From assembly GCA_964016885.1 (NCBI GenBank), contig OZ024741.1:239382001-239446000 (forward strand): 64,000 nt of DNA, in the 5' to 3' direction. A program made the position numbers and the translations under genes. Under the pieces are notes generated by a model. The model did not search any database and was not told where the DNA came from. It saw only the letters and a program-made list of their open reading frames with translations. Positions 13,560-27,523 of this stretch are shown piece by piece; the stretch's first letter is position 1, and each line of letters opens with the position of its first letter. The DNA comes from Eledone cirrhosa. Taxonomy: Eukaryota.

Positions 13560-14250
13560 ATAAATTTTGTAAATACATCAAAGATGACAGCAAATATTTC
13601 CAGAAGTATGTTATATAAAACTACAATTCAACATATATTCCTCTCTCTCACTGTTTCTTACAAAATACTTGATAGCCATGTTGGTAAAGAAGACATTCAA
13701 TGAGAACTAACACAGATCTAATATGGCCACCATTACAATATTATATTTTGATGTTATAATATGGCTATATATGAAGTTATTTTACATGACTGGATAAATA
13801 ATATAGAATAATAAAACTTACATTCATTGTGTAAAGTCCTTTGTTACAAACTGAGTTGGTCCCAATGTTCTGTTGTTAATGGTTGTCTGTGTCACTGCTG
13901 CTATGGTGTGACAATGGCTTCATGTTGATGGAATAGTGTTGGTAGTGAGTCAGTGGGAACCAGCAGTTCCTGTCTTCTGTGTATGTGTGATGTTTACTGA
14001 GTGTGAGTGTGTGTGAGAGAGAGAGGTGGGGGAGGGTGATGCTTACTCCAGCCTCACTCAGACTAGATGTGTTTCCCCTCACAGAGAAGAGGGAGAGAGA
14101 GAGAAGACACAATATCCGCTCCACTCACAGTCAGCCATAATGTCTATATAATACCAACATGTCTGATGTAGAGAGACTGACATAGAAATATTTAGAAGAG
14201 AGAGGTTATATTAACAAAATATGGCTGATGCTGTTAATGTCTATGTAATA
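13560..14250 (-). other. Conserved 3' non-coding block (probable 3' UTR) of gene B
   Basis: Near-identical copies downstream of genes C-G: ~25940-26660, 35330-36010, 47810-48510, 54915-55745, 63345-64000. Confidence 0.7.
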
Positions 14251-14572
14251 TAAAATGTATCTAAATTATCTATAATAATGGTTAGCGTGTGGTTGACCTA
14301 ATTTTAAACTAACTAAACCTACAGATGTTATGTTACCTCGCATCATTATCACAGTTTTGTCCATCATTACATGTTAAATATTTTTCCTCAAATATAAAAT
14401 TTATAATATATTGTACTTATTATTTATCTATAACATAATTCAATTTATATTTTGTAAAGTTTATCTATTATTATTGTAGAAATTTCCCTATTATATTTCC
14501 CTTAATATTATCAAACTAATATACTTCTATATTGGAGGTGATATTTCTGTTGTGTTAACTCCTCAGTCTGAC

Positions 14573-14691
14573 TTAACTGACAACAACATCTGGTGTTGAA
14601 GGTAACTGTCTCTCTGGAGGTTTCACATATCTGTCTTGGTAATGGTCTCTCTCATTGTTGCTTGAGACATCAGGTGGGACACCATAGATTC
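14573..14691 (-). CDS. Pcdh: Protocadherin B, last coding exon
   Basis: Paralogous 119-nt coding segment, TTTCAG acceptor, TAA stop. Confidence 0.85.
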
Positions 14692-14879
14692 CTGAAAGAA
14701 ATAATTCAATTCAACTTATCACATAGTTCACATAGACAATAACTATTTACTGACATTAGTTATCAATCATTGGTCTAACATAAAATAACTATTTCTACTT
14801 TTGGCACAAGGCCAGCAATTATTCCAATGTATTACTGGTAGTTTATTTTATCGACCCTGTAAGGATGAAAAGCAAATTA

Positions 14880-15121
14880 TTGTTTGTTAAAAAATTTGTT
14901 CTCTGTTCAGCCTTTATTGTTGTAACTATCAATTTTCTTTAACGTACTGGCTGCTGAACTGGGGAATCCTACAAACTATTCAAATCCAACATCAGAGCAC
15001 GTTAACCCCCCCCCCCCCCTCCCCTCGCTGACTTGAGAGGGCGTGCAGTATCTTTGCACTAGAGTGTAGGGATTGCTGAAAAGATAAAATGCCGGTATAC
15101 CTCGCCGGGTGCGCCAGCTAG
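14880..15121 (+). mobile_element. Possible Helitron 3' fragment
   Basis: GC-rich subterminal hairpin-like sequence (CCGGTATACCTCGCCGG) followed by CTAG then T; not seen in paralogous introns. Confidence 0.4.
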
Positions 15122-15153
15122 TATAACAAACATGAAAATTGAAATTGCTTTAC

Positions 15154-15304
15154 CTGACATTGCTGGTATTTCTTCATACTGTCTACTTGACCTTTCACTC
15201 CAGCATTGTCCACTACTCTTACGACTGGTCAATGTATCAGTGGGATAGTTTGAAGATGGTCTGTTGTCTCCATAAGATGTCACCTCTATAGGTTGACTGT
15301 ATTT
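15154..15304 (-). CDS. Pcdh: Protocadherin B, cytoplasmic exon 2
   Basis: 151-nt paralogous exon with AG/GT boundaries. Confidence 0.88.
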
Positions 15305-16723
15305 CTGCTGTAAAATATAGTTTCAATATAAAGTGTAAAAAGATATGTTTTACCATGTACTTAAAATATAAAATTCTAGATATTGATGAGTACATGTATA
15401 TTGTTGAATTATTGAATCATTATCTACAAAATTATTTATTATATAAATCCTTTTTATCTGACCACTTCCTATTCTACCATAAAAAAATGTAACCAGTACA
15501 TGTTAACTTAAGTCAGACAATTATCACAAATGTAATATCTGCTTCTCCTTACTTGAATGGGCCAAAAAAGTACATTCACAACCATCTGCCAATCCTGTTT
15601 CCTGATGAGTATGCAGTTATTCTAGCTTGTGAGCCTACCAGAATAATAGGTAAACTAGTGACTAGCTGATTTCCTTAAGTTAAAGTTTCAGATAGGTCAT
15701 TTGCATAACAGAATTCTAGGCGTGATGATCTTTCTTCATTCCTCAATATGTACTTATAATGTTACCCAACATCTCTATTAAAGTTGCCAGTCATGAAAAT
15801 GAAGTCTTTGTTACTTGCTAGTGAAGTGGTGTACAAGAGATCTTCATATAAGTGATCCCATATCAGTCACAATTGTGCTGTATTATTTGCAACTAGTCAA
15901 AGTTTCATAATTCTGTTCCATATTTTAACTACCTCAGTTACTTTATCAACCTCTCTGCTAACATTATAGCTATCCAAGATACCTCTTCCTCCTTACCTAT
16001 CCAGAAGACTATATGCCTGTTTTCTTTGCCTGTGAAGTATGTGGTTGTAGCTTCAATACATCCCACCTCTTCCATACATATGTACTCATCTCTACTCCAT
16101 ATTGTCCACAATTTTACCAGCACGACATTACACTGTGCTGATGTAGAATGTAGCAGCCCAGAAATTTGCTACTTGACATATAGCAAATAAATATCTTATA
16201 GCTAACTCTGAGGAAGAGAAGTGCATATAGATTTTCTTAGACCTTTCTTTAATGGAGATAGTAAATGTTTACATTATGTGTGAATTTGTAGAGTAGTGGC
16301 AAGCAAGCAATTTGGTAGGTTTATCTACAGAAGCAAAGTTTATAGAGACATCTGAATTGTATGGAATAAATGATTGCACAAAGTTAGCAAAGGCCATATT
16401 ATCATGCTAACTATACAGGCAAAAACAACATTCATGCATTGTAACGTATGATTTAGATCTTCCATTCACTTTGTGGAGGGCTTGTAAGTGATTCATTCAT
16501 AAGCAAGTAACTTAGAACAAGGAAGCAGCAGTAAATGTTGGATTATCACACATTTGAAAAATACATAGAATACATTTTCATCACCACATAATAATGCTAT
16601 TGTTTCACAAAGAAAGCATTATTCTACACTAGAAATTGTGAAATCTAAAATAAATTAGCTTTATCATTCTTATTTAAAGATTATTTAGTAACATACCAAA
16701 TATTAAGAAAAAAAAAAGGTTAC

Positions 16724-19078
16724 CTTTGTGGATTTTTGAAGAGATCTGTTCATTGTTGATGTCTTCCAGTCTTCAGGATAATAATGGCTTCTAGACTGAC
16801 TATATCTGTCTGATATCTCTCCTCGATTACCTGACATCACAGATACACTGTTGTTACCTTGATAGATCAACTGTCTCATCTCATTACGACATTGGTATGC
16901 CTGTTTCTCTTCTGTTGTTCTAGCTGAGTTATTTCTTACATTGTTACATCTCACAATACACAATGTTATAGAAACCACAATAGCTATAGATACTATCACA
17001 GCTGCTACTACAATGATAATCAACAATGTTGCATCTATTGTGTTATCAGTTGATACAGGGACAGCTGTGAACATTGGTGATGTCTTGTTACTAACAGTCA
17101 GTGTTAAAGAGACACTAGTTGTTGCTGACAGAACTGGAGTACCACTGTCTTTCACAACAAACTCCAGTTGATATGATCCAGCATCATTTTGGTAAACTGT
17201 GCGAGAGTAAGATAAGACACCAGTGAATGAGTCCAGTTTAAATAATTGTCTCTCATTACCTGAAAGGATTTCATACCTGAGAAAAGCATTCATGTGACTG
17301 TCTATATCAGAGGCTTTCAGAAGTGTGATGTCATTCTTACTTTGTGGATGATAGTGTATATCAAGAGTGAAAGGGTCAACACTAGGAAATGTAAAATATG
17401 GAGCATTATCATTTTTATCTAATACTTCCACTTCAACATTCACTGTGTTATTTAGAGATGGTGTTCCATTGTCTTTGACAAAAACCTCAAAGTCATAGAA
17501 ATCTCTGTGTTCTCTGTCTAAAGACTGGTTTGTTGAAATAAAGCCAGAGTTGATAATCTGGAATGGTAGACGATATTGGTGTTTATTTCTCAGATAATAA
17601 CTTAATTCACCTCCCTTACCAACATCTGGGTCTGTAGCATTGATAAAACCAATAGGGAAATTAGCTTTGTCATTCTCATAGGTAAGGAACTTGAATGTAT
17701 CTTTGGTAAAGTGTGGTTTTACATCATTCACATCTAACACTTGTATTGAGAGATCTTTATCAGTTTTCAGAGAAGGTAATCCTTTATCTTGACAAGAGAC
17801 AGTAAAGTGATAATGTTCCTGTGTCTCTCTGTCTACTGCTTTCTTTAGAATTATTTTATATTCCTTAGATCCCATTGACTGTAGTTTGAATGTATCATGT
17901 TTGATATTACAGCTGACCTCTCCATTGTGTCCAACATCATTGTCAGTGACCATCACATAAGCAATGAAACTACCAACTTTGATATCTTCCAGAATAGTAG
18001 CTGTGTTGTGATTCTCTGTAGAAATATAGTTGACATCAATATTTGGAGGATTGTTGTGTTGGTTGATAACATTTACCATAACAGTTGCTATGGAACTGAG
18101 TGGTGGACTGCCATTATCTCTGGCTTTCACATACAATTTATATGATTGTTTTTTTTCCAGATTTAAAGGTTTTTCTAAGTATAATTTGCCACTACTTTCA
18201 TTTAAATGAAAATAATTTTTGATCTTTTCATCAGTTTTTTGACTAAAATAGAAAGATATTTTACCATTCCTGCCAATATCTAAATCATTGGCAGATAATG
18301 TCACTATTGGAATATTGTTTTTATGTTTATGTTCTATAGACACATTGTAGATACGTTGGGAAAATTTTGGTATATTATCATTTTCATCTTCAACAGATAT
18401 TCTAACATTTAAAATACTTTGTTTTGGTGGAGTTCCTCCATCTTTAGCAATGACCTCAATATTGTAACTGTCTTTCTTTTCCCTATCTAATTTATCTTCT
18501 AAAATAATTCCTAATGTTGATAATCCATCATCTTCTTTCGAAACACTTAATGAAAAATGTTTGGTATCATCTTTCAGTTCATATTTAATTAAACTGTTCT
18601 GATATCCTTTATCTTTATCAATGGCATTAGGAATCGTTTTCTTCATACCATCTCGATCTCCTTCACCAAACATTAGATTGATTTCTTTCTCAGGAAACTC
18701 AGGTTGGTGGTCATTGATGTCTTCTATTATGACTTTAATTTTCAATATCTTCATAAATGTCTTGGATTTGTGAACTGCAACTTTAACTATTTCAAAACAT
18801 TCTTTCTCATAACTACACACAGACTCAGCATCCAATGTCTGAACAGTGTACAGTTTACCTGTTTTTGTCACATTGAACAACTGTTCTCCTTTTTGTTGTA
18901 GTTGACTGAATGTAATTAAATCCTTATTCTTTAAGAAGGAGTTATCTGATGTCTGTAAGTCAGTAGCAATGTCCCCTACATAAGTATAGGGATTTCTCTC
19001 TTCTTTAACATGGTATGTGATATGTTCACTTAGATAACAGTGGAAGAAAGTCAGTAAAATACACAGAAATAACAACAT
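16724..19078 (-). CDS. Pcdh: Protocadherin B, large exon (785 codons)
   Basis: 6 EC + TM ORF; donor AAG|GTAACC; acceptor at 19135. Confidence 0.96.
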
Positions 19079-19159
19079 CTCTACTCTTGATGGTAATACA
19101 ATATCCAGATGAAAGATCGTTAAAAATGTTCAATCTGAAACAAAACAAAATAAAAAATG

Positions 19160-21063
19160 ATCATCATCATCATCATCATCAATATCATCATCGTTTAACG
19201 TCTATCTTCCATGCTAGCATGGGTTAAACGGGAATTGTCCCACTTGAGGCAAGATTGGTCGGGTGACCGTGTCCTGCTCATATAGGACTATCTGGCAGGT
19301 TTTCTACAGCTGGATACCCTTCCTAACACCAACCACATTTACAGTGTGGACTGCGAGGTTTTTACAGTGTTACCTACATGGCCACATTACAGCGTGGACT
19401 GTGTTTTTTTTGTCACGACACCTACATGACCTCATCAGTTTGGACTGGATGTTGTGGTACCAACATAACTTTACAGAGAAAGGGTGGTGTTGGTGGGAGT
19501 GGTAGGGTGCAGTAAGGGTAGTGGGTTGGTGTGTATATTTGATGAAGAGGTACCTACTGATTTTAGGTTTCACTTTGTACATAGGCAAGGCAGGTCTTCT
19601 GTATTACTGTGTAGCGCCAAAGATCTCGGTCCAGTGCCATTGTCTTAGAGAGGTGCAAGTGTATAAGGTTGGAATTTATCAAATCGCCCCAGGTTTTTCT
19701 GGGTCTACCTACTCCGTAACTTCCATTAATTTTGATCGCCCTGCACTTTTTTATACAGCTGTCTTTCATGCACTTCATATGACCATACCAACTTAGTCTT
19801 CTCTCAAGTAAACAGCATCTGATCCCTTTTATACCTAATTTCTGACTTAGTTCATTTATGCTTTGCTGTTCATGTATATTACTATTACACATCCAGCGGA
19901 GCATGCATGCTTCGTTACTCTCCAGTCTGCGCAGATCCTCTGCACACAATGCCCATGTCTCACTGCCATGTAACATTGCTGTTCGTATACAGGCATCATA
20001 CAATCTGCCTTTCATTTTTAGAGAGAAACCTTTTGTGGCTAACAGCGGTATAAGTTCTCTGAACTTTTTCCATCCCATTCTGACTGACTACTGTACTTTC
20101 ACAGCTCCCTCCACCACTGCTTATTTTGTCACCCAGGTAACAGAAAGTGTCCACTATTTCTATAGAACCATCTGGGCAATAAAAGGAACTAGTATCCTGT
20201 GGACACTTGCTACTTATTGCCCCTGAGCATCGGCCACATATAAAATCTACATTCTTAGATAGCTTACCTGTGATCCCACTACATCTTTTATGTACCCATA
20301 GTTTGCATATGGGACATAAAATGGAATTTCTACCTACGGCCATTTCCCAGAGGGCACCTGTGCCCTATTTCCTTTCTACATACTAGAACTTTAGTCTTAG
20401 ACAAGTTAACTTTAAGGCCTTTTGACCACGCTTCCATGTTTGAAATTTCTTCTCTAGTTCAGCCATAGATTCATCTATGAGAGTTAGATCATCTGCATAT
20501 AGAAGTTCCCATGGGCAGCCAGTCTTAAACTCCTCTGTTATAGACTGAAGGGCAATAATAAATAGGAGTGGGCTAAGGACACAGCCTTGATGAACACCAA
20601 CTTTTACACTAAATTCTTCACTATACTCATTGTTAATTCTAACCTTGCTGACTGTTTCTTTATACATGGCTTGTATAGTTCTCACAAGTCATTCATCTAC
20701 ACCTAGTTTTCTAAGAGCCCACCAGATAATGGAGCAGGGGACTGTCAAAGGTTTTCTCCAAGTCAACAAAAGTTAAGTAGAGTGGTTCACTTTTAGCTAG
20801 GTACTTCTCCTGTAGTTGTCATACAAGAAAAAGAGTATCTGTGGTACTCTTAGCTAACACAAACCCAAACTGCATTTCATCTAGATCAATTCGCTCTCTG
20901 ATTAGTTGTGCTATAACTCTTTCTGTGACCTTCATGACTTGGTGAACTAACTTAATGCCTCTATAGTTTCCCCTATCCAGAGCATCACCTTTACACTTGT
21001 AGCAGTTAAGGATGATGCTGCTATGCCAGTCATTTGATATGACCCCATTCTGTATTACTTGGT
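19160..21063 (-). mobile_element. 5'-truncated, frameshifted RTE-clade LINE
   Basis: GVHQGCVLSPLLF and LLYADD RT motifs, Cys/His insert (CPICKLWVHKRC), GRPRKTW C-terminus, (GAT)n tail; the site is empty in genes A and D. Confidence 0.9.
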
Positions 21064-21547
21064 TTACTATCCGGTTATTAGAAATAATTTTTTCCTTCTT
21101 AAAAACATTGTATAATACATGATTAAAATGTTTATCATTTGGTATTTAATATGATGTAAAAATTGTCTATATATATATTTTACTATGTCAGAGGAACAAT
21201 AGAATGTTGTTGTTTCAGTATTGGTTTTCACCCATTTAAGCTGGTTGTACAAATTTTAAATATTTTCATTCGGATTTATTAATTAAAACCTTTAATAACT
21301 GTATGGCCAGTCTTAGTAAGACTTTCAGAATAAAAGCAACACCTATTTATGATAAACACTTTGGTGTAAATAGACTAAAACTTCAAGTTAGGGAATATCA
21401 CTGAAGATGAGACAGCAATATTATGAGCATGATGGTAGCTAAAATTTTATATCAGATATAAATCCATTTCTACAGAATATTTAATTAAACAGTACCAAAT
21501 TAAAATTGATTATATGATATGAAAATCGGATTTTGTTTGAAATAGCA

Positions 21548-24315
21548 ATTACCTTATGGTAGTTAATTTATAAGAATATTTGAAGCACAATTTAGTATAG
21601 CTAGATCCGAACTTAGAAATATTATAGAACAGTATAGCAAGAAGCATAATAGAATAGAGGCCCAGCAACTGGGAGAAAAATCTGCAAATGGCTTGCGTAA
21701 GCTCATGCAGCGCTCACGTAATGGAGAGATAGCATGCTTTCCAACAGACAAGTCTGGCAGAATGTCGGTTGACAGCCTGCCAAACTACATCCAGGCAATG
21801 CAACCCCACATCACTAACACAAGAGAGGTAACACCACAGGAGCATGAGGATAGAGAAAAAGCCCTCAATGCCCATATGGTGATGTGGACGAATATAATGC
21901 AGCCCAACAAAAGGACTGCCAATAACTTCCAGGCCTGGAACAATGACGTGCCGGCGTTGTATGGGCTTCGAAAAGACCATAAAACGGGCAATGACCCTGT
22001 CGCGGGACCACCAACACGGCTAGTCTGTGGAGCTAACATTGCTAGTAACTACAGACTGTCCTACTTCCTCTCCCTGATCATACGCCCCATCATTGAGATG
22101 TCCCCAGATGTATGTGACAGCACGGAGGACCTCCTCAGCAGAATCGGCGTGGGTAACCGATCTGGGGACCTAACAAACTGCATAATAGGCAGTATGGATG
22201 TTGTGTCCCTGTATCCATCTATTGACGTGGATTTTGCTGTGGAGAAATGCGTAGAAATGATCAGCGAGAGCAAGGTTGAGTTCCGTGGGATTGATACCAG
22301 TGAGCTGGGACTCCTACTTAAGCTTACCCATAGTAATAGTTACCTAGACACTTATGACCTTAGCAACCTGTGCCCTACAAGACCAGCAAGAGGCAGACCA
22401 CCTACCATTACCTCAATGGCCAAGAAAACCCACACAGATAGATGGAACGGGTGGACCAGAGCCATACGGACACCCGAAAACCACGATGAACTGAAGAAAA
22501 TGATTGCACATGCGGTAGGGGCCAGCATAAAATTAACCCTTAAGGAACATATGTTCAAATTTAATGGAAAAACATATGCCCAAGAGGAAGGAGCAGCCAT
22601 TGGTGTTAGCATTGCAGGCGACATAGCTAACTTATTCATAGTATGGTGGGACAGAAGACAAACTTAAACTTAAAGAACAATTAGAAGACAGCTTAACCCT
22701 GATAATGTACTCCCGCTACGTAGATGATATAAACATCGTAGTTAAGACACCCCCACTAGAGAACAGTCAGGAACTAGAGAAAAACACAATGGAAAGCATC
22801 CAGCAAATAGCAAACTCCATCCACCAGAGCATTAGAGTTACTATAGACTACCCAAGTAGACACCCCAACCATCGATTACCTGTACTAGACACAGAGCTCT
22901 GGTTAGATACCATTAACAACCAAAAACAAATCCTCCATTCCCATTATGCCAAACCCATGACTTCCAAACATCTGATCCAGCGAAACTCGGCCATTTCGGA
23001 CCATACCAAAATCAACATACTGATTGCGGATTTGGTACGGGTGATGAGAAATGTGTCCCGCATGTGCAACCCCGAAGAACTAGAGAGACACATACAACAC
23101 TTCATCCACCATATGCAGTTCTCTGGCTACAATCAGAGAGATAGAATCAGAGTGTATAGAGGAGCCAGAACCAAATGGGAAAAAATGGTAAATAATGACA
23201 TAAATGGGACCAGCCCCTTGTATAGGAGCAAATTTTGGAATAGAATAGAAAGAACTAGGAACAAGGCCAATAGAATAAACTCATGGTATGATAGCAATAA
23301 ATACCAGAGTGTAATGTTCATCAATTCAACCCCTAGAGGCGAACTAGCCTACAAATTTAGAAGGGCCCTAAATAAACATAAACTCAATAGTAAGATAGTA
23401 GAAAGACCAGGTACCTCTGTAAAAACACTTATTAGCAAGACATACCCGTTCCAAAGACCCTCATGTATAGATAAGAAATGTATAACCTGTAAAATAAGCC
23501 CCCATATTAACTGTAAAACTAGAAATGTAGTGTATAGCATAAGATGTACTGAAGGACAATGTAGAAACAAAAATATAGTGTACATAGGTGAGACAGCTCG
23601 TAGTATAGGGGAACGGATAAATGAACACTGGCGAGACCTTCAAGATAATAAAGAATCATCTGTACTCTACCAACATGCTAAGATAGAACACAAGGGTAAG
23701 TTAGAGAACATAGAAATAAAAATAGAATCCACACACAGAAAAAATGCAATGTTTAGGCAAATTACAGAGGCAGTAAGCATAAAAGAATTACAACCAAAAT
23801 TAAATAGAAAATATGAGTGGAACAGCAACATCACAACTTACAATTAAGGACAAAATGAAAACACACACACACACACATAGAACAAACAACCAACCAACAA
23901 CATGTAAATAAATAAACAAATAGATAAATGAACACAAACACACAGAGACACCCGGATGTGGCGCATGCGCAAACTGAGCACACAACACACACACAGAAAC
24001 AAAATGGCGTAGGACAGAAGAAAGGAAAGGCACAGAAACAAAGAAAGGAATCCCCAGTCACTGAAGAGGTCACAGAGTGTGTGACGAAAGGACTATGACT
24101 ATATATAAACAACTATCTGGTTGTGGAACCAACCAACCAACCAGAAATTTATAAGTTTGTAGATTTGTAAATTTATAAATTTATAAATATATAATAAATT
24201 GAAGTGAAAGCAACTGGTGCGTGTGTTTCTTATTGGCAACATGACCCTCCCAAAGTATAACAATATCGGTTTCAACACACGATTTCAGATAAAGAATCTT
24301 GCTAAACAAATTCAG
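21548..24315 (+). mobile_element. Penelope-like retroelement (RT + GIY-YIG), 5'-truncated, one frameshift near 22670
   Basis: ORFs 21693-22667 (SMDVVSLYPSI, QEEGAAIG) and 22705-23847 (YSRYVDD, VYSIRC..VYIGETARS); the site is empty in gene A; ends approximate. Confidence 0.92.
24056..24100 (+). ncRNA. Minimal type I hammerhead ribozyme in the Penelope 3' region
   Basis: AGTCA-CTGAAGA-g-GTCACA(gagtg)TGTGAC-GAAA-ggac-TA-TGACT: core boxes, stems I and II, and a very short stem III. Confidence 0.75.
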
Positions 24316-24325
24316 AAACGAAATA

Positions 24326-24340
24326 TTTGAATTATCTCCC
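24326..24340 (-). promoter_or_regulatory. Conserved upstream motif (gene B copy)
   Basis: TTTGAATTATCTCCC on the plus strand. Confidence 0.6.
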
Positions 24341-27040
24341 TTTTGCCATACTAACTACACAAAAGTAACCGTTAACGTAAAAATATATGTAATTATATAT
24401 AATAATAATAATAATGAAATATTGTGTACAGTGCTCAGGTGCACTCAGGTAAAGATGAGGTGAATATCACTACTAAAAGTCCTAAAGCAAGAAAAGTAAT
24501 AACGTTTGTAACATCTGTTGTGTGCCATGTTCTATTGTGTATTTTGTAAATCCATGGAAATGTGGAGACTTGAAATTTTTGAAGTATAAATTCATATTAA
24601 ACAGCAATGATAAATTCAGACATACTCAAAATCAAACAGTATTAAGCATTAGTGATTAAACCATATTAAACAGTAATGATGAATTCATGTATATCTTTTA
24701 AATAGATTAATATTTCCTATGCTTAGCATTTTATATTCAATAAGTTTTTTTCCGATAATTAGGATGTACCATTTTGTCAACACATCTAACTCACCTTAAG
24801 TTATAATATTAACATTGAAATATCCTTGAATAGAAGGAATTAATTAAAGGAGTAATATTCATTACTTCACTTATTTAATTATTTCACACAGTGTACACAG
24901 GAATGTAAGTCAATCCGAATATAACCCAACCTCTATTTTATATCTAAGAAATGGTCAAATATCTGAACCTCATGTGTTGAAGCAGCTAATTAACACATTA
25001 TGTTTAGATGGTGTGGTTTTGAAATTCTCATGAGTGGAGTAAATATCTATGAAGTTTTAATATTTTGATATTTAAAATGTTTTAAGTGTCATGTCAAGCA
25101 TAGTTTTTGTTTCACAACTCCAATTCTTGAATCAAATATTCATAACATTAAATTGTTGCAGAATTTAGCACAATACATTAAATTTAAGGTTTATAACTAA
25201 ATATCATATATTTTGTTTAAATATGAAAATAAAATAAGAATCCACTTAATGTAGGATGTCTTAGAATAAAAAAAAATATTTAGGTAATTTATATTTGTTT
25301 CCTACAGTTTAAAATAAAAATAAAATTATGTAAAATTTAAAACAAATCGCCAATGAATTTGATTATAATTTCTATTAAAACCTACTTGACTTTTTTTGTT
25401 GTTGAGGCTTGTGTAAAATTTTATCCAGATCTATGATGAAACACACATCAGGTGCATTTGATATTACAAATTGTGACAAATTAAGCATTTATGTGTGAAT
25501 ACATAGATGACCAAAATTATTACCTCAATATTTTTCACAAAGTCTTCAGGACAGAGATTACTCAGTTTTTATTGGATAAAGATATTTCAATATGAATGGA
25601 AATTGTTGAAATATCTACTAATTTATAAAAATAAAGAGTAATATGAAAATATATTTCAACATAAAATAATAATCCTTAATAGACTTATAACAAATAAAGA
25701 TTACCATACACTTACAGTGTGTGTGTGTAGGGGGGTGGGGGTGGGGGGGGGGGGGGATGTAACTGCAATACCATAATAAAAATACCAATAGATATTAATT
25801 ATATTATCTATCAACAATATCTTTGAAAACCTCAATTACTATATCAATGATATTCTTGTTCCATATTTAGTTTCTTCGAAAATGATAAAATGTTTTCACA
25901 GTGATTTAGTAAAAATATGTAATAAGTAATGTTAAAATGTAATAAACAAGATAAATATTGTAAATACATCAAAGATGGGAGCAAATATTTCCAGAAGTAT
26001 ATTATATAAAACTACAATTGAACATATATTCCTCTCCCTCACTGTTTCTTACAAAATACTTGATAGCCATGTTGGTAAAGAAGACATTCAATGAGAACTA
26101 ACACAGATGTAATATGGCCACCATTACAATATTATATTTTGATGTTATAATATAGCTATAAATGAGGTTATTATTTTACATGACTAAATAAATAATATGG
26201 AATAAATAAAACTTACATTCATTGTGTAAAATCCTTTGTTATAAACTGTGAGTTGGTCCCAATGTTCTGTTGTTAATGGTTGTCTGTGTCACTGCTGCTA
26301 TGGTGTGACAATGGCTTCATGTTGATGGAATAGTGTTGGTAGTGAGTCAGTGGGAACCAGCAGTTCCTCTCAGTCTTCTGTGTATGTGTGATGTTTACTG
26401 AGTGTGAGTGTGTGTATGGGAGAGAGAGGTCGGGGAGGGTGATGATCACTCCAGCCTCACTCAGACTAGATGTGTTTCCCCTCACAGAGAAGAGGGAGAG
26501 AGAGAGAAGACACAATATCAGCTTCACTAACAGTCAGCCATAATATGTCTATATAATACCAACATGTCTGATGTAGAGAGACTGACATAGAATTACTTTG
26601 AAGAGAGAGGTTATATTAACAAAATATGGCTGATGCTATTAATGTCTATGTAATATAAAATGTATTTAAAATATAAACAATAATAGTTAGTATGTGTTTG
26701 ACCTAATTTTAAACTAACTCTCCCACTCAGGGTATATTTAATAAAATCTACAGATGTTATGTTACCTCGCATCATTATCACAGTTTTGTTCATTTTTACG
26801 TGTTAAATAATTTTCCTCAAATATAAAATTTACAATATAGTGTACTTATTATTTATTTATAATATAATTCAATTTATATTTTCAAGTATATATTGTAAAG
26901 TGTATCTATTATTATTGTAGAAATTTCCCTATTATTATATTTCCCTTAATATTATCCACAAGCTAATATACTTCTGTAGTTTTAATAGTTATGTGAATGT
27001 TGAAGGTGATATTTCTGTTGTGTTCATTTCTCAGTCTGAC

Positions 27041-27159
27041 TTAACTAGCAACAACATCTGGTGTTGAAGGTAACTGTCTCTCTGGAGGTTTCACATATCT
27101 GTCTTGGTAATGGTCTCTCTCATTGTTACTTGACACATCAGGTGGGGCACCATAGATTC
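27041..27159 (-). CDS. Pcdh: Protocadherin C, last coding exon
   Basis: Paralogous 119-nt coding segment ending DVVAS*. Confidence 0.85.
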
Positions 27160-27372
27160 CTGAAATAAGTACATCAACTCAACTTATGACATAATTCACA
27201 TAGACAATAGGTATTTACTGACATTAGTTATCAACCATTTGTCTACATTGCTCTAATATAAAATAGCAATCATTAAAAGGTTTTGACTGACCATCCCTAA
27301 TATACTGCAAAATCATAATCACATCAGTATGGTAAATTATTATAATGAAACATAAAATTGAAATTGTTTTAC

Positions 27373-27523
27373 CTGTCATTGCTGGTATTTCTTCATACTG
27401 TCTACTTGACCTTTCACTCCAGCATTGTCCACCACTCTTACGACTGGTCAATGTATCAGTGGGATAGTTAGAAGATGGTCTGTTGTCTCCATAAGATGTC
27501 ACCTCTATAGGTTGACTATATTT
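27373..27523 (-). CDS. Pcdh: Protocadherin C, cytoplasmic exon 2
   Basis: 151-nt paralogous exon with AG/GT boundaries. Confidence 0.88.

Noticed and set aside
13876-14124. Recurrent 63-84 aa minus-strand ORF (..SVRGNTSSLSEAGV..DTDNH) in each 3' block as a small gene or fourth coding exon
   Set aside because: Copies differ by frame-shifting indels (e.g. 4-nt deletion near 13971, early stop at 55501), start codons are inconsistent, and splice sites are not conserved.
15530-16400. Degenerate coding-like intronic tracts (also ~27750-28560, 3500-4100, 41760-42480)
   Set aside because: Probably old TE remnants, but I could not identify motifs to support a family call.
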